64,000 nt of DNA from Pirellulales bacterium (GTDB lineage Bacteria > Planctomycetota > Planctomycetia > Pirellulales > JALHPA01). Below, piece after piece: positions 9,931 to 18,315 of the stretch; positions within the stretch are counted from its first letter, which is position 1; the number at the start of each line of letters is the position of its first letter. A program made the position numbers and the translations under genes. The stretch is taken from assembly GCA_963829655.1 (NCBI GenBank), contig CAWHJG010000002.1, forward strand, positions 5,536,594 through 5,600,593, written 5' to 3'. The notes under the pieces were generated by a model. That model did not search any database, was not told the DNA's origin, and saw only the letters and a list, made by a program, of their open reading frames with translations.

Positions 9931-11189
9931 TTCGCAGCTCCGTTGCGCTCGGGTCGCGGCAACACTTCGCCCGCGCGAACACCAGGCATCAGCGAGTTGT
10001 CGATGTAGCCCATCGTCACGGACAGCGCGGAGTGTCCCAGGTGTCGGCAAGCCTGCTCGACGCCGACGGCCGCCGCCAGGTGAGTCGCGCTTGTGCGCCT
10101 GATCCGATGAAACAGGTCGCGGCGACTGTCCGGCAAGCCAGCCTTGCGCAACAATCGGTGGTAGAGCTTGTAAAACGTCCTCTTGTGCATCGGCACCGGA
10201 AACAGCAGCTCACGCTTCGGCCTTCTGATTTCTGAAATCGCCTCGATAGTCTGCTCGTGCAAGTAGAATCTTTGCTCCGCGCGGTTTTTCATCAGCTCCG
10301 CCGGCACGGTGAGCCACCGGCTGCGCAGGTCGATCGCCGACCACGGCAGCAACACGGCGGACCGGAAGCGAATTCCAGAGTCATAGAGAACGAGGATCAA
10401 CGCCGACCAAAACCGACTAGCGGGAATCACGCCGATCGTTCCTTGCTGCGTCACGCACGTCGCCAGCAGGCGGCCGAGCTGCTCCATCGTCCAGGCAGTC
10501 GGGAGCCGCTTGTGTCGGGGGAGCCGCTCGTTGTCGGGGTGATCGATGCGCAGCTTCCGCTTCACGCTAAATCGCCATAGCGCCCGCAGCTTCGCCAGGC
10601 GGTTGTTGATCGTGTCGTTTGACATTCGGCACTCGCTCAGCTCGGCGGCGAAGTCCATCAACAAATCGTCGGTCAGGTCCAGGATGCCGAGCCCCGGTTT
10701 GCGCGTGAACCGCAGTAGCCCGCGGACGGCAATATCGAATTGCTCCCGCGAGCCCTGGTTGCGGCCGACGAGTCGATAAGGCGCGTAGGTGTGCTGGAGG
10801 AAGTGCCACAGCGTGCCAGGCTCGTCGATGGGTTCCGGCTCGTCGCGGCGTCGAGTCCAGCGGCCACTAAGAGCTGGAAACCGATCGGGCCTCGCCTGTT
10901 TCAAGATCATGCGCAGCAACCAGCGGTACTTTGTGACCGTGATCGGCGCGTACTCCTGGGCAATGCACCGCCGTCTCATTTCGTCCAAGTCGTCGTCGGT
11001 GATTTCGTCGATCAGCAGCTTGCCAGGCTGACTGCATTTGACGCATTCGAGCAGGGTGATGGCCGAAAGGAATTGGTGCCGATAGACCCGGTCTTTTCCG
11101 GCCAGGCGGTCGGGCGCGAACTCGGTGATGAAATAACCCCGGAGTGTTGTCCCCGACCCGACAGTGACGTTGCCTGATACACTTTTCAT
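9927..11189 (-). CDS. second tyrosine recombinase/integrase
   Basis: C-terminal catalytic region LFHRIRRTSATHLAAAVGVEQACRHLGHSALSVTMGYI. Internal ATG at 11189 (MKSVSGNV) chosen over the track start at 11255. Confidence 0.85.
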   Translation of the reverse strand: MKSVSGNVTVGSGTTLRGYFITEFAPDRLAGKDRVYRHQFLSAITLLECVKCSQPGKLLIDEITDDDLDEMRRRCIAQEYAPITVTKYRWLLRMILKQARPDRFPALSGRWTRRRDEPEPIDEPGTLWHFLQHTYAPYRLVGRNQGSREQFDIAVRGLLRFTRKPGLGILDLTDDLLMDFAAELSECRMSNDTINNRLAKLRALWRFSVKRKLRIDHPDNERLPRHKRLPTAWTMEQLGRLLATCVTQQGTIGVIPASRFWSALILVLYDSGIRFRSAVLLPWSAIDLRSRWLTVPAELMKNRAEQRFYLHEQTIEAISEIRRPKRELLFPVPMHKRTFYKLYHRLLRKAGLPDSRRDLFHRIRRTSATHLAAAVGVEQACRHLGHSALSVTMGYIDNSLMPGVRAGEVLPRPERNGAAK

Positions 11190-11261
11190 GTGAGTCCTCG
11201 ACACTGAATAAGAGGGCTTACCACGGCCCCGGCGCCTTGCACTGCGCGGGGCCAATCAATT

Positions 11262-11288
11262 CCCTGCCGGCCAACGCGACCGGCAGGG
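11262..11288 (-). terminator. GC-rich hairpin downstream of gene 11300..11689
   Basis: CCCTGCCGG-N9-CCGGCAGGG, a 9-bp perfect stem. Only a weak T-rich tail on the minus strand. Confidence 0.3.
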
Positions 11289-11299
11289 CTCGGACGTTC

Positions 11300-11689
11300 T
11301 CACGTGCTCTTAAAGCCCTTGACGGATTGCACCTTGGTCTCGCCGTCATCAGTCGCCTCGATGACGGCCTCGATGTGTTCCTCGAAAACGTCGTCGTATG
11401 TGCCGTTGAAGATGGCGATGGCCAGGTTGCCGTAAAAGTCGATCGCTGAGTGAAGATCCTTCATCAACTGCTGATCGATCATTTCGCGGTGCTCTCCGTG
11501 AAGCTCCATCACCTTCTCAGTCGTCATGAGGGCCGGGCCTTGGCTAAACGCCGCCATGAAGAGCGCGCGAGCAGCGGACAGCATGTCGTTGCCCGACCAT
11601 CCCGACGGTCCAGGCTGGAGTGGCTTGCCGTCACGAAGCGCAGCGACGAGCTGCTCTCCGCGCGACTTGTCGAAATTGATCCCGATCAT
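11300..11689 (-). CDS. hypothetical protein (element-borne, acidic C-terminus)
   Basis: Intact 129-aa ORF with protein-like composition. The opposite-strand ORFs are Arg-rich shadows. No motif recognised. Confidence 0.5.
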   Translation of the reverse strand: MIGINFDKSRGEQLVAALRDGKPLQPGPSGWSGNDMLSAARALFMAAFSQGPALMTTEKVMELHGEHREMIDQQLMKDLHSAIDFYGNLAIAIFNGTYDDVFEEHIEAVIEATDDGETKVQSVKGFKST

Positions 11690-11767
11690 TGTGTTGTTCC
11701 TTTGCTTGTTGAAGTAAATCCCCGCCGGCCGCGAGCACCGACGGGGGTTGCGCTACGGACCTTTCAG

Positions 11768-12193
11768 CTAAACGGTTTTCGAGTACAAGGTCGGGTCTGA
11801 GAATTCGGCCCACGCACGACGATCCGCCTTCGACATCTCCCACTCGACGACGATCGACCAGGCACGTCCGCACGGCGTCCGGTATGACGCGAGCACCTTG
11901 CGTTGCAGACCTTCGGTGAGCCAGAAGTCGAAGTCGCCGGCGACGTGATCCGGTTTGCCGACCGACAGCAGCACGGCAACTTCTGGACTCCACTGCATCG
12001 CCGTCAGCAGGTAGCGCTCCCGCCAGTCGGCGGGGTGCTGCTGCTGCATCCAATGGAGCTGCGAGCGGGCAAAGAACTCGGCAACCTCCGCGTCGGTCTC
12101 CACGTCGCCGCCGCCGAAGTCGATCGGCTTAGCCTTCGCCACCGGAGCGATCGCGGCTCCGCACAGGGTTAGGATCATTTCTCTCCGTCTCAT
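11768..12193 (-). CDS. hypothetical secreted protein
   Basis: Internal ATG at 12193 preceded by GGAGA. N-terminus MRRREMILTLCGAAIAPVAKA looks like a signal peptide. It lies in frame within track ORF 11768..12628. Confidence 0.5.
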   Translation of the reverse strand: MRRREMILTLCGAAIAPVAKAKPIDFGGGDVETDAEVAEFFARSQLHWMQQQHPADWRERYLLTAMQWSPEVAVLLSVGKPDHVAGDFDFWLTEGLQRKVLASYRTPCGRAWSIVVEWEMSKADRRAWAEFSDPTLYSKTV

Positions 12194-12628
12194 GAGTATC
12201 TCCGTTAGAGTTGGGCCTCGACGACCGCGCCGAGGCCACTGGTGATGTGGACACAACGACGCTAACCGTCGAACCGGGACGACTCCCAATCCCTGGCGCA
12301 GTCGCTCCGCGATCTCCGCATGGGACTGCGACAGTTGATTCCGCACAAAGCGACGCCAGGTCGGCTCGCTGTGCTCGTCGAGCTTCAGCTCGGCGCCTGC
12401 GCCGTCGTGATACACAACGATGCTCTCCAGAGAGTCCAGCCACCATTCGATCTCGCCCGGGTCGCCTGGCTCGTCGAACGACGCCGGCACGACGGGGCCG
12501 ACTCGATAGGCGATGTCCGCGGTGAAGGCGACCGGGAACTCCGTGTCGTATTCGCCGGTGAAGCTGATCCGACCCGCTGGCCGGCTGCGCGGTTTGACGC
12601 GCGACGGAGAAGTAACTAACGTGCTCAT
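12194..12628 (-). CDS. hypothetical protein; 3' end uncertain (reads in frame into the next gene)
   Basis: MSTLVTSPSRVKPRS...FDEPGDPGEIEWWLDSLESIVVYHDGAGAELKLDEH... The tail after ~12300 becomes Arg/Pro-rich. A neighbouring frame ends ...ITSGLGAVVEAQL-stop just before the next ATG, so a frameshift is possible. Confidence 0.4.
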
Positions 12629-12751
12629 GTAAACCTCATCACGGTGGGGTTTGCCAGGCCCCGGATGTTATCAGCATCGCGGGGCCACTTTTCTTGAGCG
12701 GCCTACGCTGGCCGCCGCACTCCATCATTATACGTATTCGTATGTAGTGGT

Positions 12752-12795
12752 CAATGCATTTTCGCATTGACAATCAGATGCCAAACTCAAAGAAT
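12752..12795 (+). promoter_or_regulatory. candidate operator plus promoter of the XRE gene
   Basis: Inverted repeat CAATGC-N6-GCATTG (12752..12769) overlaps TTGACA (12767..12772). After a 17-nt spacer comes AAGAAT (12790..12795). The ATG at 12802 would be at or near the transcript start, giving a leaderless-like mRNA. Confidence 0.3.
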
Positions 12796-12801
12796 CGGGG
12801 G

Positions 12802-13014
12802 ATGGCCGAAGCAATTTCTACAGCTCTGCGGAAGGCGATCGAGGCGTCTGGCGTCTCGCACAACGAGATTGCCAAGGCGACCGGCATCCCCCAGCCGACG
12901 ATCACCAGGTTCGTCAACGGGGCCGATCTGAGGGTGAGCAACTGCGATGCGCTGGCGGCCTACTTCGGGCTGTCTCTGAGCGGCAAGCGGCGGGCTGGAC
13001 GTAAGCGGCACTAA
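12802..13014 (+). CDS. XRE-family (Cro/CI-type) HTH transcriptional regulator
   Basis: MAEAISTALRKAIEASGVSHNEIAKATGIPQPTITRFVNGADLRVSNCDALAAYFGLSL is a typical HTH_3 layout. It is transcribed divergently from the minus-strand element genes. Confidence 0.75.
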   Translation: MAEAISTALRKAIEASGVSHNEIAKATGIPQPTITRFVNGADLRVSNCDALAAYFGLSLSGKRRAGRKRH

Positions 13015-13031
13015 ACACGAAGGATCACGGC

Positions 13032-13175
13032 ATGAAGCCAGTTGACCAGGCTACAAAGGACCATGCGCTCCGCCTGCTGCGCGGCGGCTTATCGAAGCGA
13101 GCAGTCGCCAGGCTGTGCGGCCTCGCTTACAACACCGTCGAGAAAATCCAGCGCGAGGCGACGGCGGCGAAGTAA
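13032..13175 (+). CDS. small HTH protein (47 aa; below the ORF-track size cutoff)
   Basis: Translated by hand: MKPVDQATKDHALRLLRGGLSKRAVARLCGLAYNTVEKIQREATAAK, with stop TAA at 13173..13175. It starts 18 nt after the XRE stop. Confidence 0.45.
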   Translation: MKPVDQATKDHALRLLRGGLSKRAVARLCGLAYNTVEKIQREATAAK

Positions 13176-13193
13176 GCGGCCGGCAAAAGAGTA

Positions 13194-13679
13194 GTGGAGG
13201 TTCCAATGCTGTTTGCGGCTGAGACTGATCCATTCGTGACGATTGCGGTTGCGTTCATCGGCTTCAGTGGCGCTGTGCTGGCCGCTTGGCTCGTCGCCAG
13301 GGCCAGCATCAAGAATACGCAAACCATGGCAGCAGCGGAAACGGAGCGGCAAGCCTACCGTGTCCAGGCGGAGCTGAGAGCGCGCCTCAATGAGAAGAAG
13401 CTGGAATGGATTAGACGGGCGATCTCTGAGCTGTTGGCCATCACAGACCCCGACTTCGAGCCGACGAACTACAAGCGGGTCACTACCCTAATCCACAAAA
13501 TCCAAATGACACTCGATCTGCGACGGGAGGGCGACCGCCAGGTCAATCACTTCACGACGGCTCTCGGCTTAGCAGTTCGGGAGTACGCTCGCGGAGAACA
13601 CGCGCACGATGATCTTTCACGAGCGCATGCCGGGCTGATCGACGCCGCACGGCTTTTCTTTGCCCAGGCGTCCGGATGA
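13194..13679 (+). CDS. membrane-anchored coiled-coil protein, unknown function
   Basis: N-terminal TM helix FVTIAVAFIGFSGAVLAAWLV, then a helical region. Third gene of the tightly spaced XRE operon. Confidence 0.5.
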   Translation: MEVPMLFAAETDPFVTIAVAFIGFSGAVLAAWLVARASIKNTQTMAAAETERQAYRVQAELRARLNEKKLEWIRRAISELLAITDPDFEPTNYKRVTTLIHKIQMTLDLRREGDRQVNHFTTALGLAVREYARGEHAHDDLSRAHAGLIDAARLFFAQASG

Positions 13680-13846
13680 GGCGAAAGAACAGATTGATTG
13701 CTCTAGGGCGTGCGCCGTTGGCCTGATTCGCGGCGTTTTCGAGCGGAGCCACTTCGACGCTGCACACGCTCTTGCACAAAGACGGCCGATCGCGGGGTGT
13801 CCTAACAGTGTGTTGGCCGAAGGGCGACCATGAGGCGTTGCCTCAA

Positions 13847-14107
13847 TCACTTGTCAGTGGGCGGCCCATTACTCATCAGATTCCAAATTGTGCCACCCGC
13901 CGCGATATCCCATATTTGTCCGGTGTGCGTATCAAACACCAAAGTTTGCCCTCCCCTAATATACTGGAATTGGTATCGCCCTGGTCCTGGCGTCGGCTCT
14001 TTCCGCGCGAGGACTAACGCCACGATGAACGCTGCCACTGCGATGAGTTCCAGAAGCGTTCGTAGGCCGAATTGCAGCGGTCGGCGTTGACGTGGCTTCT
14101 CGTCCAT
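13847..14107 (-). CDS. small membrane protein with LQF.LRTLL-type N-terminus
   Basis: ATG at 14107: MDEKPRQRRPLQFGLRTLLELIAVAAFIVALVLA... The upstream part of track ORF 13847..14320 is Arg/Ala-rich and unlikely to be coding. Confidence 0.5.
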   Translation of the reverse strand: MDEKPRQRRPLQFGLRTLLELIAVAAFIVALVLARKEPTPGPGRYQFQYIRGGQTLVFDTHTGQIWDIAAGGTIWNLMSNGPPTDK

Positions 14108-14318
14108 GCGGGTATTGTAGCTAATCACTTCGGCCCCAGCCCGGCCCGCGCTCGCACAGCGGCGTTCCCGCGGCCTCCATCGCCGGCGGGCACAAGTGGC
14201 GGCCGGAGCCGCGTCGGCGTGTCCTGCGCAAGCTCCGTGCGACGCTGCTTGCAAACGACGGCGGGCAGGGTGACGATGGAGTCGGCCAACTCGCTGCACG
14301 CCGCACCCAGGCTCGCTC

Positions 14319-15143
14319 ATGGATCGATTGCTCGAAAAAAGTTCATTCCTCGTTCAGTTGGGGACGCTCTTCGGTCCGCTCCTGAAGGTCGTGGATAATC
14401 CTGCTCAATACAACGAACAGGAAAAGGCCGAAGTTGTCGCCAGGTACTGTGCAGAGTGGCATAGCCTGACTGCGGCGTTCAAGCGTTTCTGTACGGCGGA
14501 AGCGGGTCACAACTATCGACCGCAATTTCTCAGCTTGTACTTGGCACTGCAGACGATCGAAACCAACTTTGTCCAGGGTAAAGGCTGGGATGATACGATT
14601 CGTCGGAGCCTCACGGCTGCATCTGCCGCGGTTGACGCTGTGCCAGTGCCAAGGAGTTCGGTCATCCTTGAATCTGGCACACCGTTCTCGACGTATTGCA
14701 AGCTCCGCGCGATGTGCGAGGCGGACGCGACAACCAGCCTTCTTTGGATCGATCCGTACTTCTCGGCGAGCATCTTCATTCGATACCTTTCTGGCGTTCG
14801 ACCCATGGTCCCGATCACGCTCGTCGCCCAAGAGGTTGGCACGACCGCCGGGAAAAAGGACAAAGACCGCTGGTCTGAGTTTCTTGACGTGTCGCGATTG
14901 TTTTCGCAAGAGCGAGGACCGTCGCAATACCGCTTGGTCGTCAACAACAAGTTCCACGATCGATGGTTCGTATGCGATGAGAAGCGAATACGCAGCTTGG
15001 GAGGATCGGCGAAGGACGCTGGCGACAAGGATTACTTTACGATCGCCAATGTCGAGGCGTCGCCAGGAAACCTCCAAGCGATCGCGGACCACATTGCGAA
15101 TGGTACGGAGTGGTTTGGGCCCTTGGTGCCGGTGCACAAATGA
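14319..15143 (+). CDS. hypothetical protein with C-terminal PLD-superfamily-like (HKD-variant, MIT_C-type) motif
   Basis: LLWIDPYFSASIF...ITLVAQE...FHDRWFVCDEKRIRSLGGSAKD aligns with HxK(x)4D(x)6-7G(G)S, with K replaced by R. The N-terminal half is helical. The antisense ORF 14343..15137 is Arg-rich (shadow). Confidence 0.5.
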   Translation: MDRLLEKSSFLVQLGTLFGPLLKVVDNPAQYNEQEKAEVVARYCAEWHSLTAAFKRFCTAEAGHNYRPQFLSLYLALQTIETNFVQGKGWDDTIRRSLTAASAAVDAVPVPRSSVILESGTPFSTYCKLRAMCEADATTSLLWIDPYFSASIFIRYLSGVRPMVPITLVAQEVGTTAGKKDKDRWSEFLDVSRLFSQERGPSQYRLVVNNKFHDRWFVCDEKRIRSLGGSAKDAGDKDYFTIANVEASPGNLQAIADHIANGTEWFGPLVPVHK

Positions 15144-15177
15144 GCTGAAGGGTGGTCAATCGGAATGACCAGCCTCA

Positions 15178-15211
15178 GCCGCCCGCGTGCTCGCTACGCG
15201 ACGGGGGCGGC
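15178..15211. terminator. long GC hairpin between convergent genes
   Basis: GCCGCCCGCGT-gctcgct-ACGCGACGGGGGCGGC, followed by GGTAGGTTTTC on the plus strand. Confidence 0.4.
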
Positions 15212-15272
15212 GGTAGGTTTTCAAAGAACACACGGCCGCGGCTGGCGGCCTCACCGATTCACGCTCGCCAGG

Positions 15273-15524
15273 TCAACCGGCCTGTTGGCGGAGTGTGTCG
15301 GCCATTGCTGTCGCCACTGACGCGGCGAACTGAACGCCGAGCCCAAATCCAAATTGGTCGGGCTCGGCAATCTGGACAGTGCGCGATCGAAGATCGAGCT
15401 GCTCCGCGTAGAAGTCCAGCACCTCTGCCACACGCTTGGGGTCTGGCGGTAAGAATCCCTTGGAGATCATCGCATCGATTGCAGCTTTGACGCCCTCATT
15501 AAAACGATCTTCGCCGTTTTCCAT
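15273..15524 (-). CDS. hypothetical small protein
   Basis: 83-aa ORF with balanced composition (MENGEDRFNEGVKAAIDAMISKGFLPPDPKRVAEVLDFY...). No motif recognised. Confidence 0.45.
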   Translation of the reverse strand: MENGEDRFNEGVKAAIDAMISKGFLPPDPKRVAEVLDFYAEQLDLRSRTVQIAEPDQFGFGLGVQFAASVATAMADTLRQQAG

Positions 15525-15620
15525 CGCGCACCCTCTCTTTGGTTGACGCTAAACCGTCTCTTGAATCGGGCGACGCCGCCGCCCATGATGAATTCCAAAC
15601 AAACCACGTGAGGTTCCGCC

Positions 15621-15974
15621 ATGCAAGTCGCCTGCTCTTCTGCCGTCCGCCTGGTCGCCGCCCTGGCCATCGGCGCCTGCCTGTCTCTTGCCGGCTGTGG
15701 CGGCGGACGCGACGCTGCACTCCAGCGGTACAAGACGGAGCTGGAGCTGCTCGATCGAAAAGAGCAGGAGTCCGAGAAATGGCAATCCAAGTTTCGCGAA
15801 CTTGATGAGATCAGGCTGGCGCAAATACGAAACGGGGATAAGCCCTCGAAGGAAAACCGCGACAAGACCGACGCAGTGGCGAAGGAGGTTTTTGGCAAGC
15901 TCGACGCTGAGCTCGCCGCGCAGCGTGATCGCGTCATTCAGGCCAAGGCGACGCTGGATAGTTTCGGGCATTAG
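15621..15974 (+). CDS. lipoprotein with coiled-coil body
   Basis: Signal peptide plus lipobox: AALAIGACLSLAGC-GGG. The remainder is charged and helical. It overlaps the stop of the convergent TMP-like gene by 4 nt. Confidence 0.6.
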   Translation: MQVACSSAVRLVAALAIGACLSLAGCGGGRDAALQRYKTELELLDRKEQESEKWQSKFRELDEIRLAQIRNGDKPSKENRDKTDAVAKEVFGKLDAELAAQRDRVIQAKATLDSFGH

Positions 15975-17729
15975 AAAATTGCACCCTGCGCCGCCATTCC
16001 GCCGGCGCGTCCCTTCTGCTGGTTTTTCGCCTGCTCGTTGCGCTGAAACTCCGCGACGATTCGCTTGGTCGTCTCGTCCTCTCGCTTCTTGATCTCGTCG
16101 GTCACGGCCCTAGTAAACGTGACCATCAGGCCGCTGATCGTCTGGCCGATCGCTTCGGCCGTGGCTTGACCCTCTTGTTCGATCGCGCGAACGGCCTCTT
16201 CCTTTTGCTCAACCTGTTTTTGCAGCGCTGCCGCTTGTCGGTCAGCGTGTTGGGCTTGGCCTTCGTCACCAATACCAAAACGGCCGCGAATCGCAGCGCC
16301 GCGGTCCATGCGAATGCCGCGCAGGCGTTGGCCCTCAGCGCACCCAAGGAACGGCTCCAACTGCCGGAGCTGATCCTCGCTGAGGTTTGCGCCGGCGTCG
16401 AACTGTTGCTTGAGGCGCAGAAGCTGGTCCTGCTGCATCGGGTTAAGCTGGCCGAATTTCTCTTGCCGGCCCATCAAACCCTCGCGCAGGGACTGTGCCA
16501 GGTCGCGGTGCGCCTGCTGCTGTTGCTTGAGCCCCTGGATCGTCTCCTGAGTCTGGCGAACCTGCTCTTGAGTCTGCCGCTGCGTGAGGGCTAGCTCGGT
16601 TTTCCGCGCCTCGATTGCTGCCTGGCGTGACGACTGCAGCGCGTCGAAGGCACCTTGACGCGTGTTTTCGGTTTGCGTCCACGAGTCTGATCCAATCTCA
16701 CCGCGGACGTTTCGCGAGGCGGTCCCCAGCTCGCCGCGCAGGTCGCTCACGATATCGTCAGCACGCTGCCGGTTGCGTTTTGCCAGGAACAGCGGGTCTT
16801 GCGACGGGCTGAATTCGCCGACGCCGGGCAGGCTGTGCCGCGCGTGAATCATCTGGACGCGCAGCGACTGAGTCTCCGCGGCGATCCTGTCTTGCATTCC
16901 CAGACGGTTAAGCAGGTCCGCACGGCGTTGCTGTGAACGGGCCAGTGCCTCGCTGGAGTCTTTCAACTTCATCAACGACGGCAGCAGCGACCGCTCGCCG
17001 TTCTGTAGGGCGTCGATGCCCAGCGCACCGCCAGCACCAGCCGCCAGGATGCCGCCGCCGACTGCCAGGCCAGCTCCAGCTCCACCGCCGACAAGTCCAC
17101 CGGCTCCGCTCAGGCCGCCCATCACCGCTGCCTTGGAGCCGCCGAGCATGGCGCCGCCGATCGCAGTCCCTCCGGCCCAGCGGCCGACTTTGCCAGCGCC
17201 GACCAGCGCTTCCTTTGCGAAGTAGTAACCTCCGGCGTATTTTGCCAACTGCTCCGTGTCCCATCCCAATGCGCCGGCGACACCGACGCCGCCAGCGAAG
17301 AGCTGCGCTGACCCTTGCAGTGCGCTGCCCATTGCACGCCGGCTGCGGATTGAATCCTGCATGCGGAGACGCTCGGCCTCGCGCGCTCGAGCGTAACCGC
17401 GTTCGCGCTCTTCGATCGCGGCCTTGTGTGCCGCCGTCTCGGCGCAGCATCTGCAACTTTTCGTTGAACGCCTGCTTCTCCTGGCGGGCCCGCTCGCGAA
17501 TGCTGCGGAGCTGCTCCTTCTCCCACGCCTTGGTGGCGCGGTCGATCTCTTTGATCTCCTTGTCCATTGCGCGCTCGATGCGCTTTATCTCTTGCTCGAT
17601 CGTTGTGCCGAGTTTTTTGGCCTCGCCCTGCGCGGACTGCAGCTCCTGCTTGATGGAGCCGGCGCCGCCGCCGCCCTTGTCCATTTCCATTCGGACCTTC
17701 AGGACCACTTCGCGGGTTGTGTCGCTCAT
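15971..17729 (-). pseudogene. tape-measure-like protein (coiled coil plus glycine-zipper hydrophobic block); one frame break
   Basis: ORF 16908..17729 (MSDTTREVVLKVRMEMDKGGGG...QAFNEKLQML) continues as AETAAHKAAIEERERGYARAREAERLRMQDSIRS... in the frame of ORF 15971..17362. The switch is near 17440. Gly-rich block GGLSGAGGLVGGGAGAGLAVGGGILAAGAGGALG. Confidence 0.55.
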
Positions 17730-17739
17730 TGTGTTGGCC

Positions 17740-18069
17740 TCACCTTCCTTGGTTTTGGTCTAAGTCGATTGCGCCCTGTACGACAGCGACCGGTCTCCCA
17801 AATTGATCGCGGATCAAAATGTGGGCTCGCTGGTCGTCAACGTACACGGTCGCCCGTGTCCGGCCCTGGTCGTCATACACATGGATCACGGCGTCGTCGG
17901 CACTGACGAGCATCGACGCGAGCTGCTTGCCGTCGCGGGCCATCACGCTGCCGCCAGCGTCTCCGTTGTCCGAAGCGTGGAACGTCGCGCGAAACGAGCC
18001 ATCGGGCCACTCGGCTGTGAGCTGTCGCGTACCTGGTTCGTCGTCCGGTTGCTGTGATTCCTCCGCCAT
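17740..18069 (-). CDS. hypothetical protein
   Basis: ATG at 18069 (MAEESQQPDDEPGTRQLTAEWPDGSF...). It ends 10 nt before the TMP-like gene start. Confidence 0.45.
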   Translation of the reverse strand: MAEESQQPDDEPGTRQLTAEWPDGSFRATFHASDNGDAGGSVMARDGKQLASMLVSADDAVIHVYDDQGRTRATVYVDDQRAHILIRDQFGRPVAVVQGAIDLDQNQGR

Positions 18070-18315
18070 TCGACCCTCAAAAGATTGCCGATTTGCTCGT
18101 TGTCTCGTGTAACCAGTTGCCCCGTCGTGGTTTCCGTTGTGTGCCGGTTTTGATTGCACACGCCCATGTACATGATTTGTAAAATCCCCGCTCCGCGGCC
18201 GGGAAAGCGAGAAACCGGCCGGGAGCGGGTTACGCCGCCACGCGGCCGGGAAAGGGAAGCCCGACCGGGAGCGGTTTCACTGGCGCGGGCCACGATGCAA
18301 CCCGCGCCGCGTGTT

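Noticed and set aside
14343-15137. 264-aa minus-strand ORF mirroring 14319..15143.
   Set aside because: Arg-rich, low-complexity translation. The plus-strand product has balanced composition and a recognisable motif.
16933-17763. 276-aa plus-strand Pro/Arg/Ser-rich ORF, plus the nested 17016..17225 Pro/Ala ORF.
   Set aside because: Both are antisense to the tape-measure-like gene. Their extreme composition bias comes from the complement of Gly/Ala codons.
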